DNA of 64,000 nucleotides from Okamejei kenojei (Eukaryota). The stretch spans positions 34,100,001 through 34,164,000 of the forward strand of contig CM069144.1 of the NCBI GenBank assembly GCA_035221665.1, written 5' to 3'. Below are positions 1 through 13,060 of this stretch, piece after piece (positions within the stretch are counted from its first letter, which is position 1; each line of letters opens with the position of its first letter). A program made the position numbers and the translations under genes. Below the pieces are notes generated by a model. It did not search any database and had not been told where the DNA came from. It was given only the letters and a program-made list of their open reading frames with translations.

Positions 1-335
1 GAGAATTCCACAGATTTAAAACTCTCTGGGTGAAAACAAAATTCCTCATCTCAGTCCTAAATGGCCTACCCTTTATTCTTAAACTGTAACCCCTGGTTCT
101 GGACTCTCCTAACATCGGGAACATTTCTCTTGCATCTAGCCTGTCCAATCCCTTAAGAATTTTATATGTTTCTATAAGATCCATTCTCATCCTTCTAAAT
201 GCCAGTGAATATAAGCCCAGTCGATCCATTCTTTCATCATATGTCTGTCCCTGAAGAACCTGATGAACCTACGCTGCACTCCCTCAATAGCAAGAATGTC
301 CTTCCTCAAATTAGGAGACCAAAAGTGACACCCAG
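1..335 (-). mobile_element. CR1-clade LINE fragment (ORF2 C-terminal region)
   Basis: Reverse complement matches the CR1 3' ORF2 region at 61240-61570 and 52440-52790 (e.g. gcatctagcctgtccaatcccttaagaattttatatgtttctataagatcc). Confidence 0.85.
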
Positions 336-1891
336 TAACACCAACAGTAATAGGCTTTATTATTCCAAGTTCTTATTCAATAATTAATGTCTTTGGAAAA
401 CCTGGAACACTAAAATTATCAGAATGAAGGAAGGAGGTGAAGTTATTTGTCAAAGTCATAAAGTATTCAATCTGCATTTTGGAGAACTAGTCAAGAGTTA
501 GAAATCTTATTGTTCACATACCTGATTTAAAATGCTTTACTCTCTAGCTAATAATTGACAGCAGTAGATGGGTAAACATCGTCATGGTAATATTTAATAG
601 AAATGTTTAAAAAATGTTTCACATCTTTAATATTATGAAAGGAAATCATGGGTATTGTGAATGATGTCTTCCTTACCATACTCACGTTACCCCACGCGTG
701 GGGATTCTTTCCAATAACTAAAACATGAGTCAGTTTTGGACAATCACTGTGGGATTGGGACTTTAGAATTATGACCTCTATTTCAGTGAGAATTCACTTT
801 CAATGTGAATTTGGATCCAATTACACAGGCTTGATTGCTTTGCACAGATTCTTTCATAGTCAGTCCAAATACATTAAACAATACTTTGTTGCGTTTAAGG
901 GAAGTTTTAATTAGGAAACATACAATTCTATTTCTTCAAGTTTCAACTGCTCTGTTTCTAAAGAATTACATCAAGAGTGATCAAAGACAGAAAGACAAGC
1001 TACTTCTCTTGTTGTTATCCGGTTCTGCTATTCTGAGCCTTCCCCAGATTATTAATGGACGATTAATGTCTAATCATTGAGTGTGTCCAGAAGAGAACCT
1101 TTAATCTGTCGCATTAGTTGACCCGAGCTAAAATCTAATTTGAAAGAATTGAGCTATTTTCAGTGACCTTGAACTGGAGATGGGAAATAACAGGAATAAT
1201 TTCATTTATGATCTTTATTCATTACTTGCCAACTTCATGTTGGCTGAAAGAATTAAGGTCATCATTTTACACTATCATGGTCAAACAAGTAACAGACGCA
1301 GACTGACTCAACTCCCTCACTGAAGTCATCAGATAGGAGCTGACAAACTCATGAAAGGTGAGGCAAAAACAAAAAGAGCAGGAAAACAGGAAAGAAGCAT
1401 TCATTAAGGTTTACTGTCTTAACTGTGATTTAATGAGCACCCGTGACAATATCTGATACTATGGAAATAAATGGTGCAGGAACAAATTTTATAACAACCA
1501 GGAAAAAGTTAAAATATCACCAGGGTCACATACCTCCTCTAACCTTACTCTGTCAAGAGATAAGAGCACCTAAACCTGCGTGCAGTGTAAGCATCACCAA
1601 TCCAGGAGTTGAATCAAATTATGAGCCAGTGTATATGGCTTAGTGGTATGGTTCACAGGAGTGAATGTTTCCCCTGTAGTGAAGTCATTACAATGTTTGT
1701 TGGTAAACAGCAACTAGCAAGGGTGAAGAGAAAAGACTCGTTGATAATTATTCCAGAATTGCCTTTGGTCATATTTGCACATCCCAACTTTCCCTTGGGT
1801 GGTCTAATCACAGTGCTGGAATCCTGCAATGGCAGAATGATTATTTTAATGATTATCCCTCCATACTTTTTCAATCCATGTGCTTGGTAAG

Positions 1892-2678
1892 TTTTTAAGA
1901 AAAGCAGGAGAGAGACAACAGGGAATTATAGACCAGTTAGCCTGACATTGGTGGCGGGGAAGTTGCTGGAGTCAATTATAAAATATGAAATAGCGGCACA
2001 TTTGGATAGCAGTGGCAGGATCGGTCCGAGTCAGCATGGATTTACGAAGGGGAAATCATGCTTGACTAATCTTTTGGAATTTTTTGAGGATTTAACTGGG
2101 GAAAATGGACAAGGGGGAGCCAGTGGATGTAGTGTACCTGGACTTTCAGAAAGCATTTGATAAGGTCCAACATAGGAGATTAGTGGGCAAAATTAGAGTA
2201 CATGATATTGGGGGTAGAGTGTTGACATGGATAGAAAATTGGTTGGCAGACAGGAAACAAAGAGTAGGGGTTAACGGGTCTCTTTCAGAATAGCAGGCAG
2301 TGGTTAGTGGGGTACCGCAAAGCTTGGTGCTGGGACCGCAGCTATTTATAATATATACTAATGATTTGGATGAAGGGATCAAAAGTAACATTAGCAAATT
2401 TGCAGATGACACAAAGCTGGGTGGCAGTGTGAACTGTGAGGAGGATGCTATGAGGATGTAGGGTGACTTGGACAGGTTGGGTGTGGACAGATGCATGGCA
2501 GATGCAGATTAATGTGGATAAATGTGAGGTTATCCACTTTGGTTGCAAAACCAGGAAGGCAGATTATTATCTAAATTGTGTCAATTTGGGAAAAGGGGCA
2601 GTACAAAGGGATCTGGGGGTCCTTGTTCATCAGTCACTGAAAGTAAGCATGCAGGTGCAGCAGGCAGTGAAGAAAGCT
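1892..2678 (+). mobile_element. CR1-clade LINE RT fragment, frameshifted
   Basis: Translates to [62 protein letters not shown]. Confidence 0.92.
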
Positions 2679-3223
2679 CCAGTTTCCGTTGGTGCTCACG
2701 GTGGGCAATGGAGGTGCCCAGGACAGAAAGATCGGATTCGGAATGGGAGGGGCAGTTGAAGTGCTGAGCCACAGGGAGATCAGGTTGGTTAATGCGGACC
2801 GAGCGGAGGTGTTCGGCGAAACGATCGCCAAGCCTACACTTGGTTTCACCGATGTAGATCAGCTGACATCTAGAACAGCAGATGCAATAGATGAGGTTGG
2901 AGGAGGTGCAGGTAAACCTCTGTCGCACCTGGAACGACTGCTTGGGTCCTTGAATGGAGTCGACGGAGGAGGTAAAGCGACACGTGTAGCATCTCTTGCG
3001 GTTGCAAGGGAAAGTGCCCGGGGAGGGGGTGGTGAGGGTGGGAAGGGAGGCATTGACCAGGGAGTTACGGAGGGAGCGGTCTTTGTGGAAAGCAGACGGG
3101 GGGGAGATGGGAAGATGTGGCGAGTGGTGGGGTCACGTTGGAGGTGGTGAAAATGACGGAGCACTATGTGTTGTATGTGTTGGCTAGTGGGGTGGAAGGT
3201 GAGGACTAGAGGGACTCTGTCCA
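2679..3223 (-). mobile_element. Penelope-like element fragment: linker plus GIY-YIG endonuclease
   Basis: ORFs 2859-3251 (RVPLVLTFHP..HFHHLQRDP) and 2581-2928 (FTCTSSNLIYCICCSRCQLIYIGET..RFAEH..VAQHFN) carry the Penelope GIY-YIG signature. Confidence 0.92.
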
Positions 3224-3913
3224 CATGTAATATTTGTTGGCTAACTGACAATCCTTTTCAACATAAACTTCCTGAAGTATAAAGCATATACATTGCTATT
3301 GTACTGATATAACCTAATGTTATCTGGTTGATATTTAAGGCAGTAGACAATTTATATACAACAAAATCCCACAATTCTGCCTGGTACTTGGACTCTTGCA
3401 GAATGTTGTACAAAAGAACCTGATGGAGATGAAAATGAAAAAGAATGAAATAAGGTTTTAAAATGTAATCAATAGCCAACAGTTTGATGAAATATAGCTG
3501 AGCAGGGTAACCAAGGTCACGCTAACTCCATGGAAATGTATAAGTGGGAGACGGAGAGATAATATGTTTGAAGAATAAGTGCATTAACGATAAAGCATGC
3601 CATTTCCCTTCATTGTAAAGATACATTTCCATCAGGGCAGTCTGCAGGCTATTCCGTTATAAAAGAGCAATCTCCCAACATCATTGATTGGTCTTGACCA
3701 GATGTAGAAATATGATTAGGAATTATGATTTAGTTGTTGTGTGTATTCATGAATTATTGTGAAGATGTGGAGATAATGAAAAACAATGAATGAAAGAAGA
3801 TAGGATTTTTTATTTATTTGGAGCTCCAGATAAACATTTAACTGGCCTTACAAAAGTAGTAGTTCTGGAACCTTTGCAGTGCTTTGTTCAGGATGATCCC
3901 ACAATTTAGTTAG

Positions 3914-3990
3914 ACAAAAATGCTGGAAAAACTCAGCAGGTGAGGCAGCATCTGTGGAGCGAAGGAAATAGGCACGTTTCGGGTCGAGAC
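3914..3990 (-). mobile_element. Short Penelope-terminus insertion with truncated hammerhead motif and 13-14 bp TSD
   Basis: (c)acaatttagttag at 3900-3913 and 3990-4003 flanks aatgctgg..gcagcatctgtggagcgaaggaaataggcacgtttcgggtcgagac. Confidence 0.8.
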
Positions 3991-5659
3991 ACAATTTAGT
4001 TAGCTTGTTTAGTCATTGAGAAGAGGGAATTGTAGATATATTTCCATCTGGAGAGTATGTAACTTGAAGGTGCATTATATAGCAGCTTCTCTTGTACTTC
4101 TGAGCAGAAGCTATTACAGGTTTGTGAGATGCTTTCACATAATCCTTAGTGAATGGAGTAATGCATTTTATGGATGGTGTGCATGTCAGCCATAGTGTGT
4201 TGACAGTAGAAAAAGAGAATGATCGAGGCAATCGATAGGAATGCTTAGACCTGGATGCTGTCAAGCGTCTGAGTGTTTCTGGAACTGCAAATCATCCGAG
4301 CATTCCCCCCCCCCGAATTGGCTCTCACAGATAGGTGAAAGAATTTGCACAAGGAAACAAGGCATTTGTTGCAAAATTCTCAACACTTGCGAACGCATAA
4401 TTATTTTGTCTCGTGTTAAATTGAGATTTGGACGAACCGTGACTCGTAGGTAGAGATTGGAAAGTTCTGTGTGGTACTTAAGGTAATGAATATCAGGTGA
4501 AAATGGTTAGACTCGCTCTTATTGAAGATTATTAATACCACACACATGTGCAGTGTAAATATTATTTACCACAGAAATACATGACACTGCCAACGTTAGG
4601 AATCTGGTCCAAATATATATTGTCTAGGTATTGCTGCTTTTTGACACTGATTTATTCTTTTGTCTTGTTGATGCTGCTCAGATTCTTTACTAAATCAAAG
4701 GGCATTCATAATACTGTATAGTTCTATCAGATCAGCACTCAGCCTGTTTGGTTCCAGGGGAAACAAGCTCAGCTATCCAATTTTTCCCCATAACTAAAGT
4801 CCTCCAAACTAACCAATATCTTGGGGAATTTCCTCTGCACTCTTTACAATGTCATCAACTGCAGTTCTAATCTGCTGTAGGAAGTAGAACTTCCAGAACT
4901 TGCAAGTATTTGCCAGAACTTTAGACTCCACCTGCATTATTCATCGGAAACTTGGATTTATGGCTGCTGCTCCCTGAACACACAAGTCAAGAGGCCACCC
5001 TGCAGAGACCCATTTCCCTCCTCCTCCTCCTCTCCTTCCTTCTGCCATTCAGATTTCCTCCTTTTCCATCACCTCTTTGTCATCCTGGAAGCCCAACAGG
5101 ACTGACAATGAAAATTAATCTTCAAATTGAAGCTAGCATCAATGCTACCAGGACCAGTTGTGGGAAAAATAAAAGACAAGACGGAACAAGTAAATCTGCT
5201 GGAATTTCATTGATTGAAAGTGTGTGTGTGAATGCGAAAGGTTAATGAGTTAAAACATAACATTTTTACTGAGCAACAACTTGATCATTTGTATTGTCAA
5301 TGAAGGCAGTTCCCAGATAATGAACAGGTTCTTTTTTTCCAGAACATCCATAAGTTATCTTTTCTCTTTAAGCTGGAAAATGCACATCATTCATTTCTTA
5401 TGGTTATCACATCTCCACAATAGTGCAATTAATAGCATCAAAGACATATAAAATCAATAAGAAAGAACAATAACCAAAATTGTAAGAGAGAGGAAACTAA
5501 TACTGTTTTTAGCAATGAACAAACAAGTATGTCAGACTCTTGAATTTAATAATATTATGGGAGTTCACTCATATGTACGGGTGTCCATAAGTCAGGCATT
5601 GGTAACCCGGGAATGACTGGTCTCTGCCCTGATTTATTGAACCAAAAGCTTTGCAACCA

Positions 5660-5925
5660 GAGAGTCATAGTGTTAAACAGCGTGGAAACAGGCCCTTCAG
5701 CCCAACTTACACATACCAACCAACATGTCCCATCTACACTAGTCCCACTGGCCTGCGTTTGGCCCATATTCCTCTAAACTTGTCCAATGTATGTACCTGC
5801 CTACCTGTGTCTTAAACTTAAATGTATGTACCTGCACACCTACGTCTTAGATGTCTGCAATATGACCTCCCAACTTCATTACTCAATATTCTGAATATTC
5901 TGACTGATGAAGGCCAATGTGCCAT
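5660..5925 (-). mobile_element. CR1/HER1-type LINE or HE1-SINE 3' end fragment
   Basis: gtcatagtg..gtggaaacaggcccttcagcccaac..catgtccc is the reverse complement of the 3' tail seen at 39250-39330. Confidence 0.6.
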
Positions 5926-6185
5926 CTTTGATATTGGACGTTATACACGATTTAATTAACCATATTTCCTCACTGCACCAAAGAAGTCCATTTCGGTCCA
6001 TCATGTCTATCCTGGTTCAAAGCGCAATGATATTCCTCTTGAATTTTACTTCGGAGTCACGTGAGTGACTACGTGAATAGAAGCCCGTACAGCCGTTGGT
6101 GCGTCATGACGTCAGACGCTGGTGCAGTCGGGCGGGGGGAGCAGCAGCGCTCCTCCGAGCGGTAAGTTTAAACCGCGGGTTACAT

Positions 6186-6303
6186 GGAAAGCTGGAGAAT
6201 TCAGCGGGTGCAGCGGCATCTAAGGAGCGAAGGAGATGGGCGACGTTTCGGGTCGAGACCCTTCTTCAGGCTTCACCCTCCATTCTCCAGCATCTGCAGT
6301 TTC
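6186..6303 (-). ncRNA. Penelope-terminus unit with intact minimal hammerhead ribozyme motif, inside the DIRS 5' region
   Basis: Reverse complement of 6242-6269 = CTGAAGAAGGGTCTCGACCCGAAACGTC (CUGANGA, stem II, GAAA, GUC). Confidence 0.7.
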
Positions 6304-6708
6304 GTTAACAAGTTTAAACGGAGGTAAGGTTTGTTGACGAAGAAACGAGGTAAGGTTTGTTGAAATACTTTACCACAGGTCCTTTTCTGCGACGGTTGGA
6401 AGTTTTGTAGATATGTTGCAGAAAGGGAAGAAGGTGTCGGCGAGGCGCTCGGGGGTAGAAAGGTAAAGTGGCAGGAGAGTGTTGAGGATGGAGGCCCGTC
6501 TGGTACACCTGGTCCGGTGCTGGCTACACAGCCAGTGGTTGCGGACCCACTGCCGGGGGGCAGTGGAGGCTTGTCAGTAGGGGGCCGCTGGCAAGTCTCT
6601 GTGGCCGTAAATGAGTCGGGCCTGGAGGTTATACCCTCCATAGGAGAGTCCGTTTGCTCACGGCTCTCCCACGTTGAGATTCTATTTCAAAAGAATGCTC
6701 GACAGGGA

Positions 6709-7026
6709 CCAGCTCCGTGGGGAGGAGTGGTGCCCAAGCCAGGCTGATGGAGAGCTTGTGCTAGCAGCACCTGTTTCAGGGCTGCAGAACTATCCTGCCT
6801 GTGAGGAGGATGTTCCAGCTCCGTGAGGAGGAGTGATGCCCAAGCCAGGCTGATGGAGAGCTTGTGCTAGCAGCACCTGTTTTAGGGCTGCAGAACTATC
6901 CTGCCTGTGAGGAGGATGTTCCAGCTCCGTGAGGAGGAGTGGTGCCCAAGCCAGGCTGATGGAGAGCTTGTGCTAGCAGCACCTGTTTCAGGGCTGCAGA
7001 ACTGTCCTGCCTGTGAGGAGGATGTT
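6709..7026 (+). repeat. Tandem repeat, 3 x 106 bp, within DIRS gag region
   Basis: Units start at 6709, 6815, 6921 (ccagctccgtg..gcctgtgaggaggatgtt), only a few substitutions between them. Confidence 0.95.
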
Positions 7027-10000
7027 CTATCAGGGCAGTTGCTGGGGGAGAGCAGTAAAGCTGTTCGGTGGGAGGTAATTCCGAACATTGCTGGGAAGTT
7101 TGCTGAGTGTAGAGAGGCAGGAAAGGCGATTGATGTAGAATTGGCTGAAACCATTCAGTACATGCTCTCCCACCAGTTACAGGAGCTAGCTATGGATGAA
7201 GTAGCAAAAAACTATAAAGCTCCTGTTAATTGTGATCTCCTGAAGGTACCGGTGGTTAATCACCAAATTTGGTCATAGATGGGTTTGCCTGCTAGGGCCC
7301 AGGAGATGAAGTTTTAAAAAGTGCTTAATCTGTTGTCAGCAGGTATTACAGCCTCTGTGTTGAAAGTTATTGAATACAAATGATAATGGTTGAAGCACAG
7401 CCAGGACTGAAACTGGAACTTTGTCCTTTGAGAATGCATTTTGAAACCAGTAGTACAACCACGAAACCTGTTGTTTGGTATAACTTTGCAAAAAGTGTCA
7501 AAGACTGTTATGAGGTTATTATAACATGGCCCTCATTAAGCCAGCTGGAAGCAAGGCAAAAAAAGGTTTCTACTACCAAGAAGTTGAGGACAACAAGGCC
7601 GCAAGGAAAGATGCTGGTAAGGATATAATACCATTGACAGACAACAATTGAATTAACTGATTCTTTTATGTTTCCTGTTCCAAATTGGGGAAGGTAAAAA
7701 TTGTTTCTAAAAGAATGTGCATAGCAGTTGACATCAGATTGTTCATACTTAGTGTATTGAAGGGTAAAAAAAATTTGGCATTTGTACTATAAAGGGACCA
7801 GTCTAACCTAGTCAACTTTTTCCTTGTAGCTAAATTATTTTCAGATGAGGAAAAATGTGCTTATTCAAGCAGAGATTCAGTCGTTACATAAGAAGGGGTA
7901 ATTGAGCCTTTGTCTATCAAAGTCAACAATTTCTGTCAAGTATATTTCCCAGATCTAAAAAGACTGGGGGATGTAGAATTATTTTGGATTTATCGAATTT
8001 GACCAAATTTGTTTGTTATAGGCATTTCAAAATGGAGAACTTTACCACAGGCAATCATCTAGTGTCCAATGGGTAATTATATGGCAACCATTGGTTTAAA
8101 GAATGCATATTACGCAGTGTCTATTCATGGTGATGATAGAAGATATTTGAAATTTATTTGGATGGACTGAGCTGTGGCAATTCAGGACATTGCCGAATGG
8201 ATTAACTTCAGCTCCTAGATTATTTACTAAATGGTAAAACTGTGTTAGCATTGCTTAAGCTCAGGGGCATGTGGTAATGGCCTATTAGATGATTTCTGAT
8301 TGTTGAAAGACTCACGCTGAAACTCAATCATCAGTTTCAGTTGTTAAAATCACTTTTGAACAAATGGGATTTGTTATTCACCCAGGTAATCTAAATTATC
8401 ACCAGTCCAAATTATTGATTATCTGGGATTTACTTTAATTCCAAATCACATGTTGGTAACTTTGCCCAGGGATAAATTGAATCAGTTAATTGAGGACTGT
8501 GTTAATCTCGTTGGAGAACACGGCTCTGATTAGACAAGTAGCCAGTTTTATTGGGAAGTTGTTGCAGCCTTTCAGCGTGCAGTATTGTCCTCTGCATTAT
8601 CAACAATTACAACCATCAAAGGAACAGGCACTGAGAATACAAAGGGGCTATTTTTTGATAGGCCTATGCAGTTGTTCAGCTGGGGCGATTGCTGACATAC
8701 AATGGTGGATAGTACATGTTTTTCAAAAAATTTAAGGAAGGTTTCGTGGAATCACCGTCACTGATATTACAGACTGATGTGAGTGCATGGGTTGGGGTGC
8801 AACAGATATGTCTTCTAGTTGTGGAGGCAGATGGAAATGTGGATGAGACATCGCTTCCTCAATTAAGAGGGACTGATTATTTAGAGTTGTTGGGCACCTG
8901 GTATGGGCTCAAAGCTTATTGTTCTTAAGGAGGGATCTTGCATGTGCAGCTCAGATTCACAAACACCACAGCAGTGGCATATGTAAACCACATGGGTGGA
9001 GTTAAGTCACAATCATGTGGATAGACTTGGCTAACCATGGATTTGGAGCTGGTGTATTGACCAAAATATCTGGCGGTTCCAGCACTTTATATTTGCCAGG
9101 AAGAAGGTCACGTCAGTTAATGACAACATTGAAGGATGTTTTAAATCAGGATGTGGTTTAACCAAATGAATTGATCAGTAGGTCGTTGCCAGATATATTG
9201 GCTTTTGGGTTGCATCTCGATTAAAAATTAGTAATCAGTTACCTAGATATGTTTCATGCTAACTTGGGGCAGTAGCATGTGAGATGCATTTTCGCCTAGC
9301 ATGATAGGGGAGATGTTTGTGTAATTATTTCCTTCATTCTGTCTCATCAGCAGAGGTTTGCAAAAGATTCAAGGAGGACTCTCGCGTTCAGGGGTATTGG
9401 TAGTCCAGATTGGCCTACCACGAGCATGGTTTCCCGTTGTAATTACAAATGGTTAGGGAGCCTTACTGCTTATGCCCACGAGTAATAAAAATTTCTAACT
9501 GGTTAAATCCAGTTCACGTGGGGATCAACATCCTTTATAAGGATCGTAATGGATCTGTTTAGATTTGCAGATTATAAAGGAGGGGGCCATACCTGGGGGA
9601 GGAGGATGTTCATCGGACGGGTGGAATGTTCTCTCGACGCGTCCTGCAGGGATAGTACACAGCAGCAAATAATACCACCTATATCAAGAAGTGGGGAGCA
9701 ATTTTGCCTACAGCAGATATTGTTATCACACGGCAGGTATCACGATTAATTGCGAGTTGTTCAAACTCTTTATATTTTTGACAAAAATTAAGTTACAGTG
9801 CAATTATTTCAGCCAGAAGTGCTCTTGTCCTTCTTATTACCTATGAAATGTCAGAATTGCATACGAGTAGGGACACAGCCCCCCCGTTAGAAATTCACGA
9901 TTCATGAAGGGATTTTCAATCTTAATCCCCTCCTTAACTCAGGTAATGCCGGTATTTGCAATGTGAGATGAGGTTTTTATGCTTCTTCGCCAGGTGGGCT

Positions 10001-12289
10001 CCGTTACAAGCCTATCTGTAGCCAAAGTAATTATGAAGGTGGTCATGCTTCTGGTGATGGTTTGTCAGCCCAACGTGTAACAAACATTGCAAAAGCTACG
10101 GCCTAGATTATAGAATGCATGTGTCGCTGATGCCATTATATTTTAATGTTCTAATGATTTGCTTGAACATAATAAAAAGGAGGCATTGACAGGATGTAAG
10201 ATTGGTGTTTCAGCATTACCCCGCAGATGATCGCTTCTGTATAGTCTCGACATTAATCTTCTTTAACATTGAGATTACTAAACCTTCTGAGAGGAACAGC
10301 AGTTGGCTTTGTTTATTAGTCAAAAAGAAAACCCACACAGTAAGGTGACGCGTGTGCAAACGATTTCAAGGTCCTCGCGGTACCCAGGAGCGAGGATGGT
10401 CCAGTGAGCTAACTTTCAGAGGTTTTTGTCACAGAGCCGATTTCAAGGCTCGGGGTGTTTGCTGATTTTTTCTGGTGTCCAGTACTGTTAACATTGTTCC
10501 CTGATTAGAGGGTTTGTTATGATCTGTTTGTAAATCTGTTTTATGTAAATGTAAACTGTAATATTTCCCTATTTAACAAATGTTGACTGATGTGCATGTT
10601 TATATGATTGTTAACGACTTTTGAGTAACCAGATCCAGGCCACGCCCCCCCCCCCCCCCCCCCCCCCTCCCAAAACCCCAACCCACCACCCACCCCCCCC
10701 CCCCCCACCCCCCCCCACCCCCCCCCCCCCAGTGAACGCTCGGATTGTGAGTCTCATGCGGCGTGAATTCACAGTGCTTTGAAGTACTTCACGTATGTCA
10801 CTCACGTGACTCCGTGACTCCGAAGTAAAAATAGTAAGATTTAAACGAGAACTTACCAGTTTTTGAAGTTTGATCTTATTTTATGAGGAGTCGAGATGAG
10901 GGACTACGTGCCCTCGCTCCCCGACTCCTCATAGATCTACATCTGGTAGTTCTAGTTTCTTATAGCATCTTAACCGTTATACTTCGTTCATTGTTAGCTG
11001 TGAATTCAATTCCGCTGCTTGAAGATTGACGCACGCCAAACGTTTTTTTGCTTACGGGCTTCTTATTCACGTAGTCCTCTCAACTCGACTCCTCATAAAA
11101 TAAAGATCAAACTTCTAACTGGTAAGTTCTCGTTTAAACTCATACTATTTTCCTTGCATATCCCTCTATTACTCCCTATATTCCCATCAATTTTCACGCT
11201 ACCCTTTAAATTCATAATTTCTGGCCACTCACTACAATTCTACATTGTAATCCCTCTTTTAAGGACTAATAATAACCACCACCTATTAAACATCCTGCGA
11301 TAAAATTAAATTCCACCTTGAATTTTCACGATGTACGTAAATAAGCCAGAAGGAGGCCTTTACACCCATGATCCTGTGGTTGGCTTTGGGTAAATAAATT
11401 ACTATTGAGTCTCATTCCCCCATTCTTTCTTTTGGACCTACATATATTCGCCACTAAAATGAATTCCAATTCTCTTTTGAAACGTTATAGAATTAGTATC
11501 TACCACCTGGCAGGCAATATTTAGGTCATAGCACTAATTGCTGTCTTCCACCTCTCTCTTCTTCCTGCCCAAGCATTCAATGCTTGTTCCCGAACGCCTC
11601 TGCTCATGGAAAATAAAAGTTTTTGTCATTGATGTTCATTCAGAAACAGACATGAATTTTGAAAAGCAGCCATCAAAGTTTTTCTGTTCAAAGAAAAATA
11701 ATTCCAACTTGTTTTCCACTCACATTCCTGGGTAACATTTAGTATATAGCCCTCTGCTACCTCCTCCTCATCTGAACGGTGCATGCACACCAGAATATAT
11801 ACAACACTCGAGAAAGCATGCGGACAGGAATATCAGGAAGCCTCGTTGAACTTTGCACACGGACATGCCTCTAGATTTTTTAAGGCCAACGATTCAAGAT
11901 AAATTAATTATATTTATAACTTATTTATTTTAATCCCTCCCTCTTAGCCTGAACTATCCCAGCACCTTTATCCGCTATAATATCATATAGTTTCTTTAAT
12001 ACTATATATACTGTTTTAATTATTAACATATTATACAAAATAACATTTTTGTGCTCAGAGAAAAACATCTTTCCCAGAAGAATGCGCCCCCAAAGCCATA
12101 GCCCTGTACAACTCATTCACCACTTTACAACTATCTAATTAAAAACCAATCAAACTGAGTGGTGCTATGGCTATAATGAGATTTGAAAATGGTTACCATC
12201 TATAGATTAAATGAAGTCAAGGGAGCAGGAAGAACGTGACATTTTAAGAAGCTATATGACATTTGCTTGCATTTAGCGTAAATCGGGAA

Positions 12290-13060
12290 GATTCAAATAT
12301 AAAGAACATTTTAGACGTTCACAGTTATAGAGTAGCATTCGGCACTTTGGATTATCAAGTCGCACTAGCGCCCATGTCGATCATGCTGACTTCTGCCTCC
12401 TACTCCCATTTTTCTGTCCCTTCTCCCCATAATACCTTACTCTAACTCAAGAACTTGTCCATACTCTAACTTAAGATCTCGCGCTTCAATAACCACTGAC
12501 TTGGCTCACACCCCCTATGTGGCATGAGTACCCCCAGATTAACTATCCCTTGATTAAGAGTTCCTCCTACCTTTTCAAAGAGGCCCTTAACTTTGAGGGT
12601 ATGACCTCTGGTGAGCCTCTCCCTCCCAGTGGAAACATCCTTTCCACTTCATACTTCAAATCTATGCCTTTACATTATCTCAGTTTCAATTAGGGTTCCC
12701 CCTAACCCTCTAAACTCCAGCGTGTCGAGGCCCCATGTGCTGTCCAAACGCTCATCATATGCTATCCCCACTCAATCTTGGAAATTATTCTTTGTATACC
12801 CGTGTACATACTCCATTCTCACACCATAGTCAACACTGTTAACACCCCCAGACTGGGCCAGCAACAAACATCCATCCTATCCTCAGATATGGGGGCCCAG
12901 ATTTGGCTTCTACAGATAGAGTCCAAATGCAGCTGGAGGCGCCTCTACCAGGAGCCTCAGCCCTTACATCACTGTTTTTGTATTTCCAGTCGTCTTGATA
13001 TAACATGCTACGCAATTGACGTGTGTTCCTTACTACTCTCCTTTTTAAGAATTTCAGATA
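12290..13060 (-). mobile_element. CR1 LINE 3' fragment (noisy)
   Basis: Degenerate reverse complement of the CR1 3' UTR and ORF2 end (ccaaacgctcatcatatgcta, gggggcccagatttgg..). Confidence 0.65.

Larger units (their letters stand above)
6043..11150 (+). mobile_element. DIRS1-type tyrosine-recombinase retrotransposon (copy 1), near full length, disrupted
   Basis: Left ITR ttttacttcggagtcacgtgagtgactacgtgaatagaagcccgta; complementary right ITR ~11027-11076 plus terminal extension to 11150; internal complementary region (ICR) ~10783-10910. RT motifs SIFPRSKKTGGCRIILDL, HFKME, LKNAYYAVSIH, LPNGLTSAPRLFTK, MAY(L)DD; RNase H LELLG, TTAVAYVNHMGG; MT/YR remnants ~9100-10370. Confidence 0.88.

Noticed and set aside
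4960-5120. Possible minus-strand exon (purine-rich, ttttcattgtcag acceptor)
   Set aside because: No convincing donor or recognisable protein.
6709-7026. CRISPR-like regular repeat
   Set aside because: No unique spacers or cas genes, and the context is eukaryotic; it is a plain tandem repeat.
10645-10730. Long poly-C/G tracts (also 17319, 36547, 37719) as G-quadruplex elements
   Set aside because: Simple homopolymers inside repeats and noisy sequence; their lengths are unreliable.
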